From: an uncultured candidatus Porisulfidus sp.
GTDB taxonomy: Bacteria > Pseudomonadota > Gammaproteobacteria > Poriferisulfidales > Poriferisulfidaceae
NCBI GenBank assembly: GCA_965199755.1
Contig: CBDASZ010000001.1
Coordinates: 512,001-576,000, forward strand
DNA: 64,000 nt
Reading direction: 5' to 3'
This document shows, piece after piece, positions 1-11,466 of this stretch; the stretch's first letter is position 1, and each line of letters starts with the position of its first letter. The notes beneath the pieces were generated by a model. That model did no database searches and was not told the origin of the DNA. It saw only the letters and a list, made by a program, of their open reading frames with translations. The translations under genes and the position numbers were made by a program.

Positions 1-2265
1 CTACTGACCCAGAAAGAGGCGGATATTGACGACCCGGACAACGACAGTATCTATACGGTGGGCACCATCAGTTCCATTCTGCAGTTGATGGAGTTGCCGG
101 ATGGCACTGTCAAAGTATTGGTGGAAGGTGCGCATCGTGCGGAGGTGGTCGACTATATGGAGGACTCCAGCAAGTATCTGAGCGCGCAAGCGGAGGTGCT
201 GGAAGACGTGGCTGATGCCGACCCCAAGGAAATCGAGGGTCTGATTCGCTCGTTGCACAAGAGTTTCGAGCAGTATGTGAAGGGCAACAAGAAGATTGCC
301 CCGGAGACGCTGTCAGCGCTTTCCGGGATTGACAATGCCTCGCGTCTGGCCGACACGATCTCGACGCACATGCCGCTGAAGTTGGAGGAGAAGCAAAAGA
401 TTCTCGAAATTCTTTCAGTGCGCGACCGCGTGGAGGCACTGCTGAAACTCATTGAGGCCGAGCAGGACATGCTGACCTTGGAGAAGCGCATTCGCGGCCG
501 GGTCAAGCAGCAAATGGAGAAAAGCCAGCGCGAGTACTATCTGAACGAGCAGATGAAAGCGATTCAGCAGGAGTTGTCCGACACCGAGGAAGGCGAGAGC
601 GAGACCGATGAGCTGGCGCGGAAGATTGCGGATGCCGGCATGACCAAAGAGGCTGAGAAGAAAGCGAACCATGAACTTGGCAAGTTGCGCATGATGTCGC
701 CAATGTCTGCCGAGGCAACCGTGGTGCGCAACTATATTGACTGGTTGCTCAATGCGCCGTGGAAGAAGCGCTCGCGCGTGTGTCGCGACCTGAAGAAGGC
801 CGAGCAGGTACTGGAGGCTGATCATTACGGTCTGGAGAAAGTCAAGGAACGCATCCTTGAATATCTGGCAGTGCAGAATCGGGTGAAGAAGATCAAGGGG
901 CCGATTTTGTGTCTGGTGGGCCCGCCCGGGGTCGGCAAAACCAGTCTGGGCCAGTCGATCGCACGGGCGACTGGGCGTGAGTTCACTCGCATGTCTTTGG
1001 GTGGCGTGCGTGATGAAGCCGAGATCCGCGGGCACCGGCGCACCTACATTGGCTCGCTGCCGGGCAAGATCATTCAGAACATGTCGCGGGTCGGTGTGCG
1101 CAATCCGCTGTTCTTGCTAGACGAGATTGACAAGATGGCCATGGACTTCCGTGGCGATCCGGCTTCCGCCTTGCTGGAGGTGCTGGACCCGGAGCAGAAC
1201 CACATGTTCAATGACCATTACATGGAAGTTGACTTTGACCTGTCCGACGTCATGTTTGTGTGCACCGCGAACACGCTGAAGATTCCGCCGGCTCTTCTCG
1301 ACCGTATGGAAGTGATTCGCATTGCCGGTTACACCGAAGACGAGAAGCTCAACATCGCGCAGCGTTATCTGATTCCGAAGCAGATGAAGAACAACGGGCT
1401 GAAGAAGTTCGAAATCTTGATCCCGGAGCGTTCAGTGCGTGACATCGTTCGCTACTACACACGCGAAGCGGGAGTGCGTAATCTGGAGCGCGAGCTGTCT
1501 AAGGTTTGTCGCAAGACGGTCAAGCAGCAGTTGCTCAAGCCGAGCAAAAAACAGATTCGGATCACACCGGCGCGGATGGCCAAACTGTTGGGGGTGCGTC
1601 GGCACCGCTACGGACTGGCGGATGAGAGCAACCAGATAGGGCAGGTGAACGGGTTGGCTTGGACCTCGGTCGGCGGAGAGATGCTGCGCGTGGAAGCGGC
1701 GGTGATTCCGGGTTCCGGCAAGTTGATCTACACCGGACAGTTGGGTGACATCATGCAGGAGTCGATCAAGGCGGCGCAGACCATCGTGCGCAGTCGCGCT
1801 GAAGCTCTGGGCATCCCGGCCGACTTTCACAAGGACAACGACATTCACGTGCATGTGCCGGAAGGCTCGACACCGAAAGACGGACCCAGCGCCGGCATCA
1901 CGATGACCGTGGCCATCATCTCGGTGTTGGCGAAAGTGCCGGTGCGCGCGGATGTCGCGATGACCGGAGAGATCACATTGCGCGGAGAGGTGCTGCCCAT
2001 CGGGGGCTTGAAAGAGAAGTTGCTGGCGGCCTTGCGCGGCGGCATTCAGACCGTGGTGATCCCGCAAGAGAACGAAAAGAATCTGGCCGAATTGCCGAGA
2101 AACATTCGCCAGAACCTCGATATTCGTCCGTGTCAGTGGCTTGAGGAAGTGCTCGAAGTCGCGCTCGAATGGACGCCACAACCGGCGCTGATCGAGGGCG
2201 AAGAAAGCCAGCAAAAAGTGTCTGCGAAGAAGTCTGAAACGCGCGATACGGCGATTCATCACTGA
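1..2265 (+). CDS. lon: ATP-dependent Lon protease (5' end outside window)
   Basis: Frame open from base 1; Walker A GPPGVGKT, LLDEIDK, catalytic PKDGPSAG and GGLKEK; followed by hupB. Confidence 0.98.
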   Translation, partial: LLTQKEADIDDPDNDSIYTVGTISSILQLMELPDGTVKVLVEGAHRAEVVDYMEDSSKYLSAQAEVLEDVADADPKEIEGLIRSLHKSFEQYVKGNKKIAPETLSALSGIDNASRLADTISTHMPLKLEEKQKILEILSVRDRVEALLKLIEAEQDMLTLEKRIRGRVKQQMEKSQREYYLNEQMKAIQQELSDTEEGESETDELARKIADAGMTKEAEKKANHELGKLRMMSPMSAEATVVRNYIDWLLNAPWKKRSRVCRDLKKAEQVLEADHYGLEKVKERILEYLAVQNRVKKIKGPILCLVGPPGVGKTSLGQSIARATGREFTRMSLGGVRDEAEIRGHRRTYIGSLPGKIIQNMSRVGVRNPLFLLDEIDKMAMDFRGDPASALLEVLDPEQNHMFNDHYMEVDFDLSDVMFVCTANTLKIPPALLDRMEVIRIAGYTEDEKLNIAQRYLIPKQMKNNGLKKFEILIPERSVRDIVRYYTREAGVRNLERELSKVCRKTVKQQLLKPSKKQIRITPARMAKLLGVRRHRYGLADESNQIGQVNGLAWTSVGGEMLRVEAAVIPGSGKLIYTGQLGDIMQESIKAAQTIVRSRAEALGIPADFHKDNDIHVHVPEGSTPKDGPSAGITMTVAIISVLAKVPVRADVAMTGEITLRGEVLPIGGLKEKLLAALRGGIQTVVIPQENEKNLAELPRNIRQNLDIRPCQWLEEVLEVALEWTPQPALIEGEESQQKVSAKKSETRDTAIHH

Positions 2266-2397
2266 GGCAAATTTTGGCTCGCGGAGACGTGTCTCCCAAA
2301 GTTCCTTTTCAAACGGCTATAATCCCTTCCGCATCCGGCAGTACACTCGTACCAGGAGCATTCAAAATATCTGACCGAATTGGGAGAATTTTTTCAG

Positions 2398-2670
2398 ATG
2401 AATAAAAACGATCTTGCATCAGCAATGGCCGAGGGAGCAGGCATTAGTAAGTCTGCCGCATCCAAAGCTTTGGACTCAATGATTAATGCGATTATGGACG
2501 GACTTCGTTCCGGAGACCGCGTCACCATACCTGGGTTTGGTAGTTTCCAAACCAAGCATTCCGCTGCGCGTATGGGCCGCAATCCGGCGACCGGAGAGTC
2601 GATCCAGATCAAGGCGTCAAATCGCCCGACCTTCAAGGCCGGGAAGGCGCTTAAGGACGCTGTAAACTAA
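2398..2670 (+). CDS. hupB: DNA-binding protein HU beta
   Basis: MNKNDL start, GFGSF and GRNPATGE motifs; lon-hupB-ppiD synteny. Confidence 0.95.
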   Translation: MNKNDLASAMAEGAGISKSAASKALDSMINAIMDGLRSGDRVTIPGFGSFQTKHSAARMGRNPATGESIQIKASNRPTFKAGKALKDAVN

Positions 2671-2683
2671 AAGCAAGCCAACT

Positions 2684-2759
2684 GGGTGCTTAGCTCAGAT
2701 GGTAGAGCGTCGCCCTTACAAGGCGGATGTCGGGGGTTCAAGTCCCTCAGCACCCACCA
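2684..2759 (+). tRNA. tRNA-Val(TAC)
   Basis: GGGTGCT acceptor stem, anticodon loop CTTACAA, GGTTCAAGTCC T-arm, ends CACCCACCA. Confidence 0.96.
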
Positions 2760-2790
2760 CAGAACCAGGCGGTGGTGTCGCTCTTGCAAT

Positions 2791-2867
2791 GGAGTGGTAG
2801 TTCAGTTGGTTAGAATACCGGCCTGTCACGCCGGTGGTCGCGGGTTCGAGTCCCGTCCACTCCGCCA
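2791..2867 (+). tRNA. tRNA-Asp(GTC)
   Basis: GGAGTGG/CCACTCC acceptor stem, loop CTGTCAC, GGTTCGAGTCC, CCA end. Confidence 0.97.
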
Positions 2868-2876
2868 GCCTGAAAG

Positions 2877-2911
2877 AAGCGGAGGCATATTCTGTCTCCG
2901 TTTCCTGTTTT
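2877..2911 (+). terminator. Probable intrinsic terminator after the tRNAs
   Basis: GAAGCGGAGGCA/TGTCTCCGTTTC stem with G-U pairs followed by CTGTTTT. Confidence 0.5.
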
Positions 2912-2931
2912 AAGGAAGAAGAAAGTACGCC

Positions 2932-4809
2932 ATGCTGCATGCAATTCGTGAACGCGCGACCGGATGGTTGGCGTATCTCATTGTCTTTCTAATCAGTATT
3001 CCCTTCGCGCTGTGGGGGATCAATGAATATTTCGGCGGCGGTGATCGAGCCGAAGTCGCCACCGTCAACGGTGAACCGATTAGCTTCACCGAATTCCAGC
3101 GCATGTATCAGTCGAATCTTCGCGCCCGCCAGCCGGCATCTGGACAAAGCCTTGAAGACCTGCAAAAGGAATTGCGCGAAGAGATTCTCGAAAGTCTGAT
3201 CCGCCGGCACGTGCTCTGGCAGTACATGGACGAGCAAGGAGTGCAGGTGACTGATGCCGAAGTGATGCAGCAGATTCAGCAAATGGAGATGTTTCAGGAT
3301 TCGGACGGCGGCGGCTTCAACCCCGTGCGCTATCAAGGCATTCTGCAGGCCAATCGCATCACCGCCACCGAATACGAGGCAGAGCAGCGCCAGCGGCTGC
3401 GTATGGCGCTCATCGAGAACATGCTGGAAGCCTCGACTTTCGTCACCGAAGCGTCGGCGAAGCACTTCCGGGCCTTGCGGGAGCAGACCCGGGATTTCCG
3501 CTACTTCAGTATTTCCTTGAATCGCTTCCTTGATCGGGACGCGGTGACGGACGCGGAGATTGAAGCGGAATACACGCACCGACAAGAAGCCTACACCACC
3601 GCGCAGCGTGCGCGGGTGTCTTATCTTGAGGTGTCGCGGGAGCAATTCGAGGTTACCACCGACGAGGACATTGCCGAAGAAAAAGTCCAGCGCTATTACG
3701 AACGTCAGGCGCTGGAGTTCATGGCACCGGAGCTGCGTCGCGTGCGTCAGATATTCTTCAAGGACGAGGACGCTGAATCCAGCGCGCAGGCCGTTTACGA
3801 GCAGTTGCAGGCAGGTGGCGATTTCGCGCAACTGGCGCGCGACAAGTCGCAAGACCCGATCAGCCAGAGCCGTGATGGCGAGATCGGCTGGGTCGCGCAG
3901 GAAGATTTGCCAGAAGATCTAGGCCTGATGATCTTCGAGATGGATCCGGGCACGGTCAGCACGCCTCTGGGCACGGAGCAGGGCACCTACCTGCTGGAGG
4001 TGTTGGAGATTAAGGAGGCGAGTTTGCGCGAACTTGATGAGGTGCGCGATCAGGTGATGGCGAAGTTGCGACAGCAGGAGCGCGACAGCCGCTTCACGGC
4101 CGCCTTGTCAGATTTGGCGCAACTGACTTACGAGAACCCGGAGACGCTGCAGATTGCCGCCGACTATCTGGGTTTGTCGATTCAGGACCTGGGCGAGGTT
4201 GATCTGGATGCGCTGCCCGAAGGCGTGCTGACAGAAGAGCGTGTCGCCGCCGAACTTCAGGAAGTGGACGAACTGTTGCAGCAGGGCGAGAACAGCGACC
4301 GCATTGATGTTTCGGAAGACCACTCTGTGGTGCTGCGGCTTGATGACTACGCGCAGCCAAAAGTGCGCGCGCTGGAAGAAGTGAGCGATCAGATCCGCAC
4401 GCAGCTGGCTCAACAGGCCGCACGGGCAGCCCTGCTGGCGCATGCCTCGGCGCTGACCGACCGCTTGCGCAGTGAACCGGACATTGCAGTGTTGGCGCAG
4501 GAAGAGGGGGCGGAATTGATCGTGCGCGAGGCGGTCGGGCGCGAGCACAAGGAGACGCCCGGACTGATTATGGAGCGCGCCTTTTCACTGGCCCGCCCGC
4601 GCGGCGAGGCCGCGAACTTTGGCATGGCGATCCTGCCCCGGCATGTGGCTATCATCGCTCTGGATGCTGTACACCACGCGCTCGCCGAACAGGCGGACGA
4701 AGAAGACCTGGAGTTGCTTCGCTATTACAAGTGGCGCGACGATACGGAGAGTTTGACGACCTCACTCAAAAAACGCGCAACCGTTGAATCCTATCCCGGC
4801 CGGTTATAG
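2932..4809 (+). CDS. ppiD: Periplasmic chaperone / peptidyl-prolyl isomerase PpiD
   Basis: N-terminal TM then FALWGI, SurA-N-like region, rotamase motif FAQLARDKSQD...GEIGW; synteny. Confidence 0.9.
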   Translation: MLHAIRERATGWLAYLIVFLISIPFALWGINEYFGGGDRAEVATVNGEPISFTEFQRMYQSNLRARQPASGQSLEDLQKELREEILESLIRRHVLWQYMDEQGVQVTDAEVMQQIQQMEMFQDSDGGGFNPVRYQGILQANRITATEYEAEQRQRLRMALIENMLEASTFVTEASAKHFRALREQTRDFRYFSISLNRFLDRDAVTDAEIEAEYTHRQEAYTTAQRARVSYLEVSREQFEVTTDEDIAEEKVQRYYERQALEFMAPELRRVRQIFFKDEDAESSAQAVYEQLQAGGDFAQLARDKSQDPISQSRDGEIGWVAQEDLPEDLGLMIFEMDPGTVSTPLGTEQGTYLLEVLEIKEASLRELDEVRDQVMAKLRQQERDSRFTAALSDLAQLTYENPETLQIAADYLGLSIQDLGEVDLDALPEGVLTEERVAAELQEVDELLQQGENSDRIDVSEDHSVVLRLDDYAQPKVRALEEVSDQIRTQLAQQAARAALLAHASALTDRLRSEPDIAVLAQEEGAELIVREAVGREHKETPGLIMERAFSLARPRGEAANFGMAILPRHVAIIALDAVHHALAEQADEEDLELLRYYKWRDDTESLTTSLKKRATVESYPGRL

Positions 4810-4834
4810 TGTGTAACTAAATTCTTGGAGGACA

Positions 4835-6094
4835 ATGATGCGGCTCGCAGTTCACTGGCAAATTCTTATCGCTCTGGCATTGGCCGTGTTGGTCGGGGTG
4901 TCGGTTGATGCCGACAGCGCATTCGGCATGACTCTGATATCGGTGCTTGATTTCATCGGCAAGATGTTTCTCAACGCCTTGAAGATGATCATCGTGCCAT
5001 TGATCGTCTCCTCCATCATTGTGGGCATCGGCAATTTGGGCTCCGGTGCGTTAGGCAAGCTCGGTGGCAAGACCATCGCCTACTATCTGGCCACTAGTAC
5101 TCTGGCCATCTCGGCCGGCCTGGTGCTGGTCAATATCGTTGAACCGGGCATCACCAGTGAAGGGCAGCCGGCGAATGAAGTGCTGGGCCTGCACGAAGAC
5201 ACTGGCTCGGTCGCCGACAAGCTGACCGGGCGTAGCAGCGCCGATATTGTCGCGATCTTCCTGCGCATGATTCCTCCGAATATCGTGCAGGCAGCCGCGG
5301 ACGGACAGATGCTGGGATTGATTTTCTTCAGTCTGTTGTTTGGTTACTTCATGGAGCGTGTGTTCAAGGACGGCCGCGACGTGTTGCACAATTTTTGGAA
5401 CGGCGTGCAGGAAGTGATGATGAAAATCACCGCACTGATCATGCTGTTCGCCCCGATTGGCGTGTTCGCGCTGGTCGGTGAGGTGGTGATCGTATCAGGC
5501 GTGGAAATTTTCATCCCGCTGGCGTCGTATGTCTTCACGGTGCTCGGCGCACTGGCGATTCATATGTTCCTGATCATCCCCGTGCTCATGCGCATGTTCG
5601 GGATCAATCCGATCAAACATTTCCGCGCCATGGCAGCCGCGTTGCTGACTGCGTTCTCCACTAGTTCCTCCGCCGCCACGCTGCCGGTGACACTCGGCTG
5701 TGTGCGGGACCGCGCGGGCGTATCCAATCGGGTCGGCAGTTTTGTGCTGCCACTGGGCGCGACCGTCAACATGGACGGCACGGCGCTGTATGAGTGTGTG
5801 GCGGTGCTGTTTTTGGCGCAGGCGTTCGGCGTTGACCTAAGCATAATGCAGCAGTTGCTGATCGTGGTGCTGGCGTTGCTGACGTCCATCGGCGTGGCCG
5901 GCATTCCGTCAGCGTCTCTGGTGGCTATCGTGCTCATTCTTAGCACGATTGGATTGCCGGCTGAAGCGGTGGGTCTGATTCTCGCAGTCGATCGGGTACT
6001 CGACATGTGTCGCACCAGCGTCAACGTGTTTGGCGACTCCAGCGGCGCGGTGGTGGTCGCGCGCAGCGAAGGCGAAGAGACGAAGGTCGTCTGA
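4835..6094 (+). CDS. Dicarboxylate/amino acid:cation symporter (DAACS, GltP family)
   Basis: [31 protein letters not shown] motifs. Confidence 0.93.
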   Translation: MMRLAVHWQILIALALAVLVGVSVDADSAFGMTLISVLDFIGKMFLNALKMIIVPLIVSSIIVGIGNLGSGALGKLGGKTIAYYLATSTLAISAGLVLVNIVEPGITSEGQPANEVLGLHEDTGSVADKLTGRSSADIVAIFLRMIPPNIVQAAADGQMLGLIFFSLLFGYFMERVFKDGRDVLHNFWNGVQEVMMKITALIMLFAPIGVFALVGEVVIVSGVEIFIPLASYVFTVLGALAIHMFLIIPVLMRMFGINPIKHFRAMAAALLTAFSTSSSAATLPVTLGCVRDRAGVSNRVGSFVLPLGATVNMDGTALYECVAVLFLAQAFGVDLSIMQQLLIVVLALLTSIGVAGIPSASLVAIVLILSTIGLPAEAVGLILAVDRVLDMCRTSVNVFGDSSGAVVVARSEGEETKVV

Positions 6095-6104
6095 AGAGGA
6101 GGGC

Positions 6105-6893
6105 TCAGTCCCCGAAGCCGGTCATGCCGACCGTGCTGTAGCCAGCATCCACATAGGTGATCTCACCCGTGATGCCTGAGGCCAACTCAGAACACAGAAA
6201 AGCGGCCGCGTTGCCGACGTCTTCCGTAGTGACATTGCGGCGCAGTGGCGCATTGCTCGCCACATGGTCGAGCATCTGGCGAAAACTTCCAATGCCCGCC
6301 GCCGCCAGTGTGCGGATCGGGCCTGCCGAGATGCCGTTGACGCGGATTTGATCCGGGCCCAGAGAATACGCCAGATACCGAATGTTGGCCTCCAGGCTGG
6401 CTTTGGCCAGACCCATGACGTTGTAGTTTGGCATGCCGCGCACCGCGCCCAGATAGGTCAGTGCCAGAATCGATGAAGGATGTTCTCGCATCATTGATCG
6501 GGCCCCACGGGCCAGTGCGGTTAGGCTGTAACTGCTGATGTCGTGCGCGACGCCAAAGGCTTCGCGTGAAGTGTTCTCACAGAAATCCCCGTCCAGAGCC
6601 TCGCGCGGCGCGTAGGCGATGCAGTGCACCAGAATATCCAGTTGATCCCAGTGTTTAGTCAGTGCGTCGAAGGTTTCTGTGACCTGTTCCTCTTCGGCCA
6701 CATCGCACGGAAACAGAGCCGAACCGCCGCAGGCTTCAGCCAGTTCGCCGACGCGGCTGGCCAGCCGCTCGTTCTGATAGGTGAAGGCCAACTCGGCCCC
6801 CTGCGCGTGCATACTCTCGGCGATGCCCCAGGCAATCGAACGATTGCTGGCGACGCCGGTGATGAGGGCTTTCTTGCCGTCGAGAAATCCCAT
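6105..6893 (-). CDS. fabI: Enoyl-ACP reductase (NADH)
   Basis: [25 protein letters not shown] start, [22 protein letters not shown]; real start is internal to the ORF-track ORF. Confidence 0.96.
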   Translation of the reverse strand: MGFLDGKKALITGVASNRSIAWGIAESMHAQGAELAFTYQNERLASRVGELAEACGGSALFPCDVAEEEQVTETFDALTKHWDQLDILVHCIAYAPREALDGDFCENTSREAFGVAHDISSYSLTALARGARSMMREHPSSILALTYLGAVRGMPNYNVMGLAKASLEANIRYLAYSLGPDQIRVNGISAGPIRTLAAAGIGSFRQMLDHVASNAPLRRNVTTEDVGNAAAFLCSELASGITGEITYVDAGYSTVGMTGFGD

Positions 6894-6989
6894 ATAAAAT
6901 TGTGCCCGTGGCGGCGTCAATAAAACGGCGTCATTATACTTGTCCCCTGTACGCACAGTCTGCTCGCTGCCGTCCCTCATGAACTTCTG

Positions 6990-9131
6990 ATGCCTTCCCT
7001 CGCGCGTGTATTCGTCCTGGTTTTGGGAGGCGTGCTCATCAGTGGCTGCGATGACATCTGGAACGATCCGCATGCCGATGCTGATGCCAGCGACGAGATG
7101 GTGTACTACTCGACGTTTAGTGATCGCCCGCAGTTTCTGGACCCGGCCCGTTCTTACAGCAGTACCGCGTATCAATTCATTCAGCAGATCTACGAGCCGC
7201 CGCTGGGCTACCACTATCTCAAGCGCCCCCCCGAACTGCAGCCTCTATCGGCCGAGCGCATGCCCATCGTGCGCATGCTGGACGCCGAGGGGCGCGAACT
7301 GTCCCCGGACACGCCGCCCGAGCAGGTCACTTATACCGAGTACGTGATTGATATTCGACCCGACATTCGCTATCAACCGCACCCGGCGCTGGCGCGCCGC
7401 GAGGACGGCAGTTTCTACTACCATGATTTGAGCGCGGCGGACTTGCAGCCGATCAACGTCCTGTCGGACTTCGAACACACCGGCACGCGCGAACTGGTGG
7501 CGGAGGACTTCGTCAACGAGATCAAGCGTATGGCGGATGCGCGCCGGCACTGTCCGGTGGCGGGCATTCTCGGTGAGTACATCGTCGGCTTCACGGAATT
7601 TCGGGAGTCCCTCAAGGCCAAAGAAGACACCTCGTACGATTTGCGCGGACTGAATATCTCCGGGGTGGTGGTGGAGTCTCGCTACCGCTATCGGATTCGT
7701 TTGCGCGGCGTGTATCCGCAGTTTCTGTTCTGGCTGGCGATGCCGTTTTTCGCACCCGTGCCCTGGGAGGTGGATGTGTTTTATGCGCAAGAAGGCATGG
7801 CGCAGCGCAATCTGAACCTGCACTGGCACCCGATTGGCACCGGCCCTTATATGCTGACCGAGAATAACCCGAATCTTCGCATGGTGCTGACGCGCAATCC
7901 TCATTTCCGCGGCGAGTCGTATCCTTCTGAAGGCGCGGTGGGTGATCGCGAAGCCGGCCATTTGCGTCATGCGGGTGCGCGCATGCCGTTCATTGACCGG
8001 GCGGTGTTCAGTCTGGAGAAAGAAAGTATTCCGCGCTGGAGCAAGTTTCTGCAAGGCTACTACGACCTGTCCGGCATTGGCTCCGACAGTTTTGATCAGG
8101 CGATCGAATACAGCGGCGGCGAAGTGGGACTGACGGATGAAATGAGCGAGAAGGGGATCGCGCTGCATACTGCGGTCGGCCCCACGGTGTACTACATGGG
8201 CTTCAATATGCTTGACCCGGTGGTCGGCGGAGACAGTGAGCGCGCCCGCCTGCTGCGTCAGGCTATCTCCATTGTGGTGGACTACGAGGAGTTCATTGCG
8301 ATCTTCAATAACGGCCGCGGCGTGCCGGCGCAGAGCCCGCTGCCGCCGCAGATTTTCGGTGGGCGTGACGGTGCGCAGGGCATCAACCCTTATGTCTACC
8401 AATGGCAAGACGGCCGCGCCCAGCGCCGCAGTGTGGAAGAGGCGCGGGAGTTGCTGCGTCAGGCCGGTTATCACAAGGGCATTGACAAACAGACCGGCAA
8501 ACCCCTGACGCTGTACTATGAAGCGGTCGGTGCTGGACCGGATGCCAAGGCGACCTTGAACTGGTTGCGCAAGCAGTTCGCCAAACTGGATATTCAGTTG
8601 ATCATTCGGGCCACTGACTACAATCGCTTTCGCGCGAAAATGCGCGAGGGCGCGGGACAGATCTTCCAGTGGGGCTGGCATGCCGACTACCCGGACCCGG
8701 AGAACTTTCTGTTTCTGTTGTACGGGCCAAACGCGCAAGCCGACAATGACGGTCCGAACTCGGCCAACTACAGCAATCCCGAATACGACGCGCTGTTCTC
8801 ACAGATGAAGAACATTCCCAACGGTCCGCACCGCCAGCAACTTATCGATCAGATGCTGGAAATTTTGCGCCATGACGCGCCCTGGGCGTTTGGCTATCAT
8901 CCGGTGACCTACGTGCTGACGCACGACTGGATGCAAAACAACAAACTCACCACTATTTCCTACAACACGCTGAAGTATCGCCGGGTGGACACCGAGCGCC
9001 GCGCACAGGCGCAAGCACGCTGGAACGAACCGGTTGTGTGGCCGCTGTGGCTGGCGCTGGCGCTGCTGCTGGTACTGCTGGCACCGGCGCTGGTCGGCTT
9101 TATGCGCAGGGAACAGGAGCGCGGGCGATGA
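6990..9131 (+). CDS. ABC transporter substrate-binding lipoprotein (family 5, peptide/nickel type)
   Basis: Lipobox [24 protein letters not shown]; C-terminal hydrophobic helix. Confidence 0.9.
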   Translation: MPSLARVFVLVLGGVLISGCDDIWNDPHADADASDEMVYYSTFSDRPQFLDPARSYSSTAYQFIQQIYEPPLGYHYLKRPPELQPLSAERMPIVRMLDAEGRELSPDTPPEQVTYTEYVIDIRPDIRYQPHPALARREDGSFYYHDLSAADLQPINVLSDFEHTGTRELVAEDFVNEIKRMADARRHCPVAGILGEYIVGFTEFRESLKAKEDTSYDLRGLNISGVVVESRYRYRIRLRGVYPQFLFWLAMPFFAPVPWEVDVFYAQEGMAQRNLNLHWHPIGTGPYMLTENNPNLRMVLTRNPHFRGESYPSEGAVGDREAGHLRHAGARMPFIDRAVFSLEKESIPRWSKFLQGYYDLSGIGSDSFDQAIEYSGGEVGLTDEMSEKGIALHTAVGPTVYYMGFNMLDPVVGGDSERARLLRQAISIVVDYEEFIAIFNNGRGVPAQSPLPPQIFGGRDGAQGINPYVYQWQDGRAQRRSVEEARELLRQAGYHKGIDKQTGKPLTLYYEAVGAGPDAKATLNWLRKQFAKLDIQLIIRATDYNRFRAKMREGAGQIFQWGWHADYPDPENFLFLLYGPNAQADNDGPNSANYSNPEYDALFSQMKNIPNGPHRQQLIDQMLEILRHDAPWAFGYHPVTYVLTHDWMQNNKLTTISYNTLKYRRVDTERRAQAQARWNEPVVWPLWLALALLLVLLAPALVGFMRREQERGR

Positions 9132-10105
9132 CGGCCTACATTATCCGTCGCCTGCTGTACGCGATTCCCATTCTGATCGGGGTGAACTTCCTGACCTTTG
9201 TGCTGTTCTTTGTGGTCAATTCGCCCGATGAGGTGGCGCGGCTGCATCTGGGCGACAAGCAGATCACGCAGGAGCAGGTGGAGGCGTGGAAGACCGAGCG
9301 CGGCTACCAGTTGCCGCTGATGTACAACGCGCAGGAAGAGGGCGTCGAGCAGATTACCGAGACCATCTTCTATACCAAGTCGGTGCGCCTGTTCGTGTTT
9401 GACTTCGGCAACTCCGACAGTGGGCGCAATATCGGCTACGACATTCGCCAGCGCATGTGGCCGAGTCTGGCTCTGGCCGTGCCGAGCCTGATTTTGGGCC
9501 TGCTGCTCAACACGACGCTGGCCCTGATGCTGGCCTTCTTTCGCGGCACCTATCTGGATATCGGCGGCGTGGTGCTGTGCGTCACCCTGATGTCGATCTC
9601 CGCGCTGTTCTATATCATCGGTGGCCAGTATCTGGTCGGCAAGCTGCTGCAACTGGTGCCCATTTCCGGCTACGACACCGGCGCGGAGGCGCTGAAGTTT
9701 CTGGTGCTGCCGATCTTGATTGGAGTGGTCTCCGGTATTGGTTCCGGCACGCGCTGGTACCGAACCCTGTTTCTGGAAGAGATCTCCAAGGACTATGTGC
9801 GCACCGCGCGTGCCAAGGGCCTGTCCGAGCAGTGGGTGCTGTTCCGCCACGTGCTGCGCAATGCGCTGATTCCAATTCTGACCGGTGTGGTGGTGTTGCT
9901 GCCGCTGCTGTTTATGGGCAGCCTGATCACCGAGTCCTTCTTCGCCATCCCCGGATTGGGCAGTTACACCATTGATGCGATTCAGCGTCAGGACTTCTCC
10001 ATTGTGCGCGCGATGGTGTTTCTGGGGACGGTGCTGTACATCCTAGGACTGCTGCTGACCGATATTTCCTATACCCTTGTTGATCCGCGTGTGCGGCTGA
10101 ACTGA
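9128..10105 (+). CDS. Peptide ABC transporter permease (OppB/DppB type)
   Basis: [10 protein letters not shown] start, DYVRTARAKGL EAA loop, DPRVR end. Confidence 0.93.
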   Translation: MTAYIIRRLLYAIPILIGVNFLTFVLFFVVNSPDEVARLHLGDKQITQEQVEAWKTERGYQLPLMYNAQEEGVEQITETIFYTKSVRLFVFDFGNSDSGRNIGYDIRQRMWPSLALAVPSLILGLLLNTTLALMLAFFRGTYLDIGGVVLCVTLMSISALFYIIGGQYLVGKLLQLVPISGYDTGAEALKFLVLPILIGVVSGIGSGTRWYRTLFLEEISKDYVRTARAKGLSEQWVLFRHVLRNALIPILTGVVVLLPLLFMGSLITESFFAIPGLGSYTIDAIQRQDFSIVRAMVFLGTVLYILGLLLTDISYTLVDPRVRLN

Positions 10106-10107
10106 TC

Positions 10108-11466
10108 ATGTGGATTGTTCTGCTGACTGATTTCTTCCTGTTTTTGCTGCTCTTTGGAGTGGGCGTCTACAGTGTGATGGTGTTGCGCTCGCCGCATATG
10201 CGTGAGGCGTGGCGGTCTGTCATCCAGCGCCGCACCGGAGCGATCTCGGCAGTGGTGCTCGGATTTTTCGTTAGCATCGCCATTTTGGATTCGCTGCATT
10301 TTCACCCGCGTCTGGAGCAGCCAACCGCGCAGGCGGCGCATTCCAATGAGATTCTTAGCGTGTTCGACCTGATCGCCGGGCCGATGCGCACGCAAGTGGA
10401 GCGCACCTATTCCGCACCCTTCGCATGGCGCGGGCACAACAAGGAAGCCATGGAAGTGCAAGGGCAGATGGTGCGGGACTACCCTCGACTGGATTATGGC
10501 GGTGCCCATCTGGAGAACCCCGAACAAGATCGCGCCTGGGACATTGCCTCACGGGCACTGATCGGAGCCGGCTACGGGACGCTGGTCTGGGCCGGATTGG
10601 TGGTGCTGGTTGCAGGCATTCGCCGCGCACGCCGTGCGCGTGACGCGCCGCCGCTGCCGTGGGGCTACATTGCCGGGACGGTTTTGGCGATGCTGATGTT
10701 GCTTGGCATGACCGTGGAGTTGACTAGCGTCTATCACATCTTCGGCACCGACAAGGTAGGCGAGGATGTGCTGTACCAGACGCTCAAGAGTATTCGTACC
10801 GGTGTGCTGATTGGCACATTGACGACGCTGATCATGCTGCCGTTCGCAATCGCGCTCGGCACCATGGCCGGCTACTTTCGAGGCTGGGTGGATGACGTCA
10901 TCCAGTACCTGTACACCACGCTCAACTCAATTCCGGGCGTATTGCTGATCGCGGCGGCCATCCTGTCGTTGCACGTCTACATGAACGCGCATGCCGAAGA
11001 CTATGCGTCACTGACTGAACGGGCTGACTTGCGGCTGCTGTTTCTGTGCATGATTCTGGGCCTGACCAGTTGGACCGGGTTATGCCGGGTGCTGCGCGGC
11101 GAAGTGCTGAAGCTGCGCGAGCAGGATTACATTCAGGCCGCGGTCGCATTCGGCGTGCCGCAGACGCGCATTTTGTGGCGGCACATTCTGCCAAACGTCA
11201 TGCACATCGTGCTGATTTCAGTGGTGCTTGACTTCAGTGGTCTGGTGCTGGCGGAAGCGGTGCTGTCTTACGTGGATATTGGCGTGGATCCGTCCATGAA
11301 CAGCTGGGGCAACATGATCAACAGTGCGCGTCTGGAAATGTCGCGCGAACCGGTCGTGTGGTGGTCGCTGGCGGCGTCCTTCGTGTTTATGTTCGTGCTA
11401 GTGCTGTTCGCCAACTTGCTGGCGGATGCGGTGCGTGATGCCTTTGACCCGAGAGTGGGCAAATGA
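10108..11466 (+). CDS. Peptide ABC transporter permease (OppC/DppC type)
   Basis: FGTDKVGEDV, YIQAAVAFG, HILPN, SWGNMI, DAFDPR. Confidence 0.92.
   Translation: MWIVLLTDFFLFLLLFGVGVYSVMVLRSPHMREAWRSVIQRRTGAISAVVLGFFVSIAILDSLHFHPRLEQPTAQAAHSNEILSVFDLIAGPMRTQVERTYSAPFAWRGHNKEAMEVQGQMVRDYPRLDYGGAHLENPEQDRAWDIASRALIGAGYGTLVWAGLVVLVAGIRRARRARDAPPLPWGYIAGTVLAMLMLLGMTVELTSVYHIFGTDKVGEDVLYQTLKSIRTGVLIGTLTTLIMLPFAIALGTMAGYFRGWVDDVIQYLYTTLNSIPGVLLIAAAILSLHVYMNAHAEDYASLTERADLRLLFLCMILGLTSWTGLCRVLRGEVLKLREQDYIQAAVAFGVPQTRILWRHILPNVMHIVLISVVLDFSGLVLAEAVLSYVDIGVDPSMNSWGNMINSARLEMSREPVVWWSLAASFVFMFVLVLFANLLADAVRDAFDPRVGK

Noticed and set aside
2684-2867. tRNA-Val/tRNA-Asp as an island integration site
   Set aside because: Followed directly by ppiD in the normal order; I saw no duplicated tRNA 3' end and no integrase
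7245-8738. 497 aa minus-strand ORF and similar long antisense ORFs
   Set aside because: Expected shadows of high-GC coding genes; no recognisable motifs
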